NCBI GenBank assembly: GCA_003864455.1
Contig: BGZN01000001.1
Location: 49,677-113,676 of the forward strand
Reading direction: 5' to 3'
Origin: Candidatus Termititenax aidoneus
GTDB taxonomy: Bacteria > Margulisbacteria > Termititenacia > Termititenacales > Termititenacaceae
Length of the DNA stretch: 64,000 bases
Shown here: positions 54,001 to 63,000 of the stretch, in pieces
How positions within the stretch are numbered: position 1 is the stretch's first letter
Layout of the letters: every line of letters begins with the position of its first letter
Notes under the pieces: generated by a model
Database searches by the model: none
What the model was told of the DNA's origin: nothing
Seen by the model: the letters and a program-made list of their open reading frames with translations, nothing else
Program-made: the position numbers and the translations under genes

Positions 54001-57000
54001 TATTCCGGTATATCATTTAAACTGCGTCCGCCAAAACGGAGTTGATATTCTATACTAGTAACAGCCTGTGTAAAACCTTCAGCCGTTATAGATTCGGCAT
54101 ATTTGGCCAGTTCGGGAAATCCGGTGAGGAGAGTTATTTCCAGCTCTTGCAGTTTTTGATTATCGGCAATTAACTCTTGGGCTGCTTTTGCTCTGACAAC
54201 TGCTTCTGTAGAAGACTCTGTTTTCGGCGGCGCTGGAGTTTCGGAAACATTTGTTTCTTCATTTGGAATAAGCATTCCATTATTAACTTCATCAACATCC
54301 CCTTGAATGGCGTTCTGGTAATCCTGAAGATCAGCTTTTTTAGATTCCAAACCAGTTATCTGTCCTTGCAGAGCATCTTTCTGCTTTTGTAAATCATCTT
54401 TGCTCAGCGGAGGATCAGAATTTTCAGCCGCTTCAATTTGCGCTCTCAGTTCTGCAATTTGTTCATCCAGTTCGCTTATTTTGCCATTCAACAGGGTTGA
54501 GACCCGGTCTTTTACAGCATTTAAGGGTTTGGGGTTTGACTGGTCAGTTTTAAAACTATCTCCTACAAAGTTAATTTTCTGTTCCCGCAAGTCGCTTTGC
54601 AGTCCCTGCAAAATATTTTTCCGCTCTTGCAAAAGTCCTTGCAGAGCATCTTTCTGCTCTTGTAAAGCCTCTTCGCTCAGCGGAGGATCAGAATTTTTAG
54701 CCGCTTCAATTTGCGCGCTCAGTCCTGTAATTTGTGCTTCTAATTCCGCGATTTGTTTTTCTTGCTCTGTAATTCTCGTTTCCAGTTCCGTAATCTCTTT
54801 CGGCGGCAGAGACAGAACCTCAGCAATTATATCTTCATCTTTTCCCGGTACGATTTCGGCGGCTATTTTGTCGGCAAGCATTTGCTGCCGGATCTGCGGG
54901 TTGTTTTCTATTGCCGCTCTGGTCTGTTCGGCCTGGCCGGGACCGCGGGTCGATCCCGGATTTGATTTTTCCAGTTCGGCCTGAGCGCGCACTTTCAGCA
55001 GATTGTCATATTCCTCTCGTTGTTTCTCAGTTAAGCCCTTAGGCTGCTGCTGCTGAGCCAGGTCCTGATATGACTTGATCCAAGTATCCGCGGTTTTACT
55101 AATATCGTCCATTTTCCGCGCATAAGTCCTGCTGTCAAAACCGCCTCCGAGCGGCGGCAAATTAACAATATTCTCAAAACTCTCGCCTGGCATAAAACCA
55201 ACCGGCACGCCCAGTTTTTTGGCTATATTCAACCGATGCATAGCCTTTTGTTCCTCCAGGCCCGCGACAGCCGCAGTGGATATTGCCGATTCACGCCGCG
55301 TCCGGGGGTCGTTGGCCAGCTCGCTCTCTATAGCCCGCTTTCTGGCGGCATCGCCTCGAGCCACGCGAGTGGTCAGGCTCAAACCTCTACCGGGATGGGT
55401 TTTGTTGACTCCCGTAGTGATCGCATCCAGACATTGTTGGCGCGGGCTTTTGATACTGCCATTACCGCCGCCGGCCAGGTCAAATACTTGATTATCCACA
55501 CGGACGACAAAATTACCGTCGCCGCCCAGAAAATTAAGCACTTCATCCAGCATATCCGGAGGCAGTTTGGCAGTGTCGATCGTTACCAGACAAGGTTGAT
55601 CGCCGCCCTGCGTAAAACCTCGCGGGAAAGATACGCCAAGCTCGTTAAGCCAGCTTTGTTTTTGCTGAAACGCTTCTTGCGCTTCTATAAATGTCTTTTG
55701 CTCACCCGGTAAAGTCTTGGCGCGGTCTGTCCATATTGCCCGATCTTCCTCCGAAAGCGAAGTTCCTTTCGGCAAAAACTCATCCGGCTGTGGAAAATCA
55801 GGCAGCTTCGGCAAGGGTTGTCCATCTGCTCTGGCCTTGATTGCCTCGGCTACCGCTTTGTCCCACTTCGCGCAAGCTTTATTCCACGCAGCCGCAACCT
55901 TTTTAGAACTAAACACCGGACCGGGCAGAGGCGCTGGCGGCGGCTCTGACAAGCGTTCCTTTAATAAATTTCCGACCTCTTCATTGGTGTATTGTATCTC
56001 TTGATAACCACCAAAAACTTCGTACAAGCCCATAAAAGCCTCGTAATCTTTTTTGGCCTGCGTAATAGTTTTCTCCGGCAGCGCAGCCGCCGGCGCTTCG
56101 GTCTGAGCAGAGGCTTCCTCGGCCGCTTGAAGGTCTCCGCCTTTTTCCACGGCATCTATTTTTGCAGTATTTATTTCGGCAATGGTCGTTGTTTTAAGCT
56201 CTCCAGTACCGGCCTCTTTATAAATAATAACGGTTTGAGCCGCGGCCTCATACTCAGTTTGCTGTTCGGGTGTGGGGTTTTCCGGCAAAGGCGAACAAAA
56301 ATCAGCGGCGACAGCCTGTATCTCTTCAGCAGTATAGGCTTGATCGCGCGGCAGCATGATCTGCGGCGCGCCATCTTTATTACTTTTCACGTAATAAGTA
56401 ATTTCCCGGCCACCCACAGAAACAGCTCTTTTCTCGTAAGAAGCAAACTTGTCTTTAGATGCTGTAAAATCCGCGCGCACGCTTTCGTAGCCTTTATTGT
56501 TATCATCCAGCATGGCGTGGACAGCGTTGCGCGCGGCGGCGCCCTCGCCAGTGGCAACACCCTGCGCCTTTGCAAAAGCCTCCTCCAGCTCTGCATCACT
56601 GATCCTTTGGAGAGAAATTCCCTGACTAATATTCCCTCTTAGTTCGGCCGCGCTAAAATCAGTATCCGGATTTTTCGCGGCATGGATGAAAAGATCCGCC
56701 GCGGCCTGATAGGACGCCGCTTCACCCAGACCTCTCTGCTGGAGTATCTCGGCAACCGGCTTCAGCACTTCTTTTTCATATCGCTCGACCAGATTTTCAA
56801 ATTCCTGCGGATGATGAATGCTCAGCCATTCGAGAAAGGCCTTTCCGTCCCCGCCCGGCACAAAACCCGGATCATTCAGCATCGCTTGAACTACAGAACT
56901 ATCAATTGCCAGCGCCCGGTCGCGGCTGTCGTAAATTTTTTCCTGGATACTTTTGGCGGCAAGCTGGATCAACCCAAATACAGTACCTTCCCGGGTGGAG

Positions 57001-60000
57001 ACATCTCCGCCGCGGCCGTGCATTAAATTGCTCACCGCTTCATTGGCGGCGGAAGTGGCCTGCACCAGTTTTTCGCTCTCGGTCATGTAAGAGCTGACCA
57101 GCGTGGACATCAGCTCTTTGGCGTCGCGCGGATCGAGCAGGGCCAGCAACTCGCCATCCACGGCGCCTTTCATCTCCCCGGCCTTTTCCTTGGCGCCGAG
57201 ATTGGCCGCGATAGCTTTGGCAATGTTTTCGAGAGCCTTGGTCACATTATTGATAGCGGCCATTGTGCCATTGTTAAAAGCATTGCTGTGCACATCAGTC
57301 ATAGTCATGCTCAACTCGCCGTTTTCATTAAGCGTCGCCGTGCCTTTCATACCTCCGCCGGACATCTCAAAGCTGACACTGCCGTCGTCATTATGTTTGG
57401 CTTTTCCGGTGTAGGTCTGGCCTCCAGCTTTAACAGTCAAGCTTTGGGCATTGCCGTCTTTGCCATAAGTAACTGTCGCTTTGCCGCTGCTGGCGGCTGC
57501 GCCCGCCGGAGCAGGCGTGTCAGCCTCGCCGCCCGTACCCGCAGGGGCCTGGCCGCCTGAAGTATCCGCGTCCAGAGCTCCGCCTGACGTACTGGCGATA
57601 GCAGGCGCGCTATTTTGACCCGCAGCGGTACTGCTGCTAGCTCCAGCAGCCGCCGGTTTATCTTCACCGGCTATCGACACTGGCGATACTGTCACTTCTA
57701 CAGATTTCTTGCTCTTAGGCTCGCCGGTGAGAGAGAGGCTGGCGGCGGGGACGGAGGAGCTGCCGCGAGTCTCACCAGCTTTTGTAGCATCGATGTTAAT
57801 TTCTCCTGTCTCTGAATTATAGGTACCGGAAACACTGACGCCGCCCAGCAAATTATCCGGATCAAGAGCTTTCCAAGAGCCGTTATCCTGCTGCTCAAGA
57901 GCAAACTCACCGATACCATCAATAGACAGCGTTGGTCCATTTTCGCCCGTAAAATTTATCGTGCCCTTATACGTAGCGCCGTCGAAATCCATGGAAACGG
58001 CGGCAGTATCATCAAGTTCTTCATGCGAACCAGTTTTGACTTGATCCGTGCGAACATATTCTTTATGCGAACCAGTACTGACTTTGTCGGTACGACACAG
58101 CTTATATCCGCCATTGCCATCACGCTCAACTTTGTAGTCTTTACCGCCAACATTTACCGGCTTTTCTGATGCGATTGCTGCGTCAAGCTGCGCGCTTGAG
58201 AAACTCTCACTGCTGTCACCGCCAAATGTAAACAGGCCATTAGGTTTTTGCGTTGTTGTGCCGGGTGTTGTTGTTTCTCTGGCAGGTCCGCCGAAAATAC
58301 CCACCTGCATTTGACCATTACTTTGCATCTGAAAACTGCCGCCGCTAGCCTCGCTTATCATTTTATCTGACATTATTGAAACCGATTTTCCTTGGGGAAT
58401 ATTTCCGCCAGAAACTTGAATGACACCATCTTTCAATGTGTAGGTGTAGCCATTACGACTATAGGAACCACCATTATTTTCTATGGCTTCCACTCTAGCG
58501 TTATAGTCGGCTTCAGACATACCAATTACACTATTGTTAGTTTTGTCTTTCCCCATTTGCGTCACGGCATATTTGACCCTCTCATCATCTCCAGCAAAAT
58601 CGCCTGTTTGCATCCCTGAATAACTACCCACGCCGCCATTAATCACGCTAGTTCGTTGTTGAAATAACTTATTTGGATCTGTTACATCTAACTCAACAAT
58701 AGTATGTTGCGCCTGGGCGCCTCTTTCATTAGTACCCAAATTTCTATAAGACACTTCTGCTGAATATGTCGTTTTTCCCGGGATATATTCAGTATCCACA
58801 CCTTGTGTTCCAGACAGTACGCTCTCTACATCCTTAAAATCCTCTACATCTCTAAAGATATCCTGATCCGTATATTCATCTACGTTATGGCTACCGCGTG
58901 TGCCACCGCCGCTGCCAGTAATAGTCTCCGGCTCTGCCGCCGCCGTAACCATTACCGTCGGCTGTTGGCGCGCGGTCAAAGCGCCCAGCTCAAAGAGTTT
59001 GCCGTCCAGAATGTCCACCGCCAATTGGAGCAAGCCTATAGCCACGCTGCCAAATGTCGCGCCGCCGCGACCATTTCCGTCAACTTTGTCGGCATTAATG
59101 CCAAAAGCGTTATTATTCTGACCGCCGCCTTCCGCACTGCTGCCAGTATTGCGGCCCAGACCCAGCGCTTGTTTGAAATTGTTGATCATCTGTCCCAGAC
59201 CGGTGTTGCCAAAGTCCGCTCCGGAGCCAGTCTCATCCGCGCCGATCATAAATCTGCCAGTGCCGAATATGCCTTTATAAGTTTTTTCTTTTGTTGTCAT
59301 CATTGGCTTGTCATCAGTGTCTTTTACTACGTTGCCATTTTCGTCTTTCACTTTCTCATACTTATCCACCGTCATTTCTTTGGCCCAGGAATTTTTGAGG
59401 GTTTCGGCCGTTTTGAGAGCTTTCGCTGTGGCGGAAATCACGCTGCTGCCGGCGCTGAGCATTTTGTCGATCAGCGCGTCTTGTTTATTTTCCAGATTTT
59501 CACGTCCCTGCGCGATATTGACCAACTGGTTAAGCAGAGCTTCGGCCAGGCCGCTCTCCGCGCCGGCGATCATTTCCGCCGAGGCGATGATCTGCGCGCC
59601 GCTCGTGCCGCTGATCTTAGAGGTAACGCGGGAGCGGGCGTCATTTTTGGCTTTGTGCAGTTTGCGCAGGATAGTCTTGAGCCGCTCGGTCTTTTTGAGC
59701 TGCGCCTGCGCCATTTGCAGCTGAAATTTAGCTCCGGCGCCAGTGCTGGCGGTGATCTCCGGCGCCTCGGTTTCGTTGAGAGTTGTTCTGTCCTCGTCAT
59801 AAGAAACTTTATTTTGCATAGTCTTTTTGCCCAATTTCACCGCGTCATCGCGTTGTTTTTGTTCTTTTTCGAGCAATTCGGGATAGGCCTTAAAGAAAGT
59901 CCAGATCGAACTGACCAGATCGAGTATAGCGTTGCTCAGAGCGGCATAACCGTACATCATTTCGATAACGCCGAAAAATTTCGTGAAAAAATAAGGCGAA

Positions 60001-63000
60001 GCTAGCGTGGCTATAGCCATTGCGCCAATCACACCCATGCCGATACCGGAAATTATGGCTTTTACTCCAGCGTCATTAAAAGCGGTCTGGGCATCCAGAT
60101 GTTTTTGCTGCAGGGCCAGCATATCGTTGACATTCTGGGCAAAATCCGAAGCTTTTTGCGCGGCAAATTGCTGTTCCGCGCTGACCGCCGCTTGTGAATA
60201 GCCGCTCAAAGCCACACCGCCGATATTGGTCAAAACCTGATGCACCATATTGCGTGAAGCCGAGCGCGCGCTGTACATAGACTGCAGTATCGCCGTCAGA
60301 TAACTGTCGCCATAAATGGCGCTCATAGTCTCTTCCATCTTCTTATAGTTCAGCGTCAGATGATGTATTTTTACATCAATCCCAAAAAATCCAGAAGCAA
60401 AACCAGAAACCTCATTACCATCGATATAGTCGCTGTATTGAAAACCGGAGTAAACACTTTCGGCTGAGCTATTTTTGCTTGTCCCGCTGGTCTTATCGTA
60501 AAAAACCGCGCGGCTTTTATCCAAGGCCGCCGCTTCAGCAGCGCCAATGCCGCCGTTGCCGCTTATGTTAATGGCCTTAATGCTGCCCTGGGGATCGATC
60601 TTCAGATGCGTGTCCCAGGCTATCGCGTCATAAGCCAGCGCGGTCAGCCAGGACAGCGGGCCGGTAATGCCGACCAGCAGAGACTTGATGCGTCCCTGAT
60701 CTCTCTCCAGCCGCGCATTAGCCGACTGCACGCGCTGCTCCTCGCGTTGTGTATAAGCGGCGATCACCGAATTGACGTAATTTAATTCCGCGCTAAGCGC
60801 TTGCTCCGCTATGCTGGTAACATTGTAAGTGTTGGCATTGGTCAACTCCTGATGGACAATATTGCGCGATTCCAGTTCGTAGCGCTCCAGCATAAAAGCG
60901 GCGCGGGCTACATTGGTCTTGGCCAGAGCATCCAGGCGCAGCTGCGCAATGCGCGCGCGGTACAGCATTTGATATTGCTTGGGCGTATCTTTACGCAGGC
61001 CGTCATTCTCAAAACTATAGCCAAAACCAGTCCAGGTATTGCCGCCGCCGCCAAAAACGCCGTTGATCAAACCCTGCACATCGTTGTTGGGAATACTGCC
61101 GGACGCGCCGCCCAAAAGCGAAGCGGCCTGATCACCCAGCCTGGAAATAGAGGCCAGCGGATTTTCTTTGGCGTCCGCCGTGCCTGTCCCCACTTTGGCC
61201 GAAGCGGAGCCGGAAGTCGGCCCATAAAAACTGGTTACAACGCCCTTGCCAAATTCCGCTTGGACATTTTTCATCTGCTCGCCGGTCGAGGCAAAACTGC
61301 CAACATAAGCCGCGCGACTCAAAATATCCGATCCGGCCGGACTGTCAGCGGCAGAGCCGCTGCCTTCAAAACGGCTCAGACTAAGATGCGGACGCACATC
61401 GTCTTTGTCCCACAAAAACTCCAGCTTATCAAAGATCGCTCCGGCCAAAGTCAAAACTGTCTGGCCGCCCGGAGTTTTATTGCCCAGAGCCAGAGAAATA
61501 AATCCGTAAACCAGCGCGGCTGTGTCGAGAGCCGCTCTAGCCGCGGTCTTGACCGCTTCAGTGACCGCTTGCTCGTGAGCGTTAAAAGCCGCGATAAATT
61601 CCTGGCGCACAGTTTTTAACTCATTAAATTTTTCCACAATAAGCGACTGTTCCTGCTCGGTCAGGCTTTCGGCCAGCGAAGAAGTTGTGTAGCCGGATTT
61701 GGAAGTCAACTCGGTATGGACGGCATTGCGGGCATTGGCCTTGCCGGAATGTAAACTGATCAGCACGCGGTTAATATTCTGCAGAGAATTGAGCTGTAAT
61801 TCCATTTCCAGCAATTTCTCATCATTTTCATAGATCAGGCCGTCCGGACCTTGCTTGAAGCGCACGCTTTCTACCTGGTCGAGCAGGTCGTATTGCGCGT
61901 ACATATTGCTGGCAATAGCGTGCAGAGGTGAAGCTGCGTTGGCTTTGTCCGCCGCGTAAGTATTAGTCCCCGGCTCCACGAGCCATTTTTGGGCGCTGTA
62001 TTCCGAATTGAGCAGACTGGTTTGAGCCGCGTCGCGTTTTTTGCCGGTGATCTGGCTGGCCTTTGCGCTGGCAAAAACAGATTTAGTGATACTGCTGGTA
62101 GCAGACAAAGCGGTGGCGAGCAGGCCGATAGCTTTATTGGTCATGCCGCTGACCGTATCGCTCAATTGTTTATTGGCTTCTTGGCTAATTTCATTTGTAA
62201 CTTTGGTGGCAATAGCCGTAGCGATGGCCGTAGGCTGCCCGCCCGGGACAAGCGCTTGAGCAACTGATGCGACGCTGCCAGCGATAGAAGTTGCAGTTGC
62301 GGTCACAGCAGCCGCGGTTAAAATACCAGCCACAACAATAGCCGCAATGACAGCGGCGGCCATGCCGCCAAGCGCAACGCCGATAGCCACTCCCGTATTG
62401 CCGCCCAGGAAACCCACAATACCAGCGGTAGTCAGCGAAGCCATAGCGCCAACTCCAATTATCGCGGCGGCAGTAGTCGCAGTACCAAGCGCAATAGAAG
62501 CTGTGCCGAGACCATCTTTAACACCTTCTGCAAGTGAAGCGGTAGTCGCAGTGGCAGGCTCGCTAACAAACATATTAAGAGCACTAGCGGTAGCATTTGA
62601 CACATCCGTAGCACTGGACCCGGCATTCGCCAGCAGGGACAGCGGCGTGACGACCAGCATGCCCAGCAGACTGGTCAGGGTCGTCGCGCGCTCTATAGCC
62701 TGCTGCCAGGAATCTGCTTCTTTGGTCTTGATCGACTCCAGTAATTGATTGTGCTGCGCCACTATGCCGACGGCTTCTTTTTTGAGCTCGTTAACGCCTT
62801 TGAGGAGCATGTCAGTTTCTGTGGAGATTATCTGCGAGGCTTTCATGGACTTGTAAGCTTCGTCAGAGCCGACGCGCTCCAGTTCCGCGCCTACTATATT
62901 GTAAGCCTCGTTCTGCGCTTCCATGACCATAGCCAGGAAAGATAATACAGCGCGCTGCAGTAGCAGTTTGCCCCGCGCTTCCTCAAAAGAAGCGTCATCA

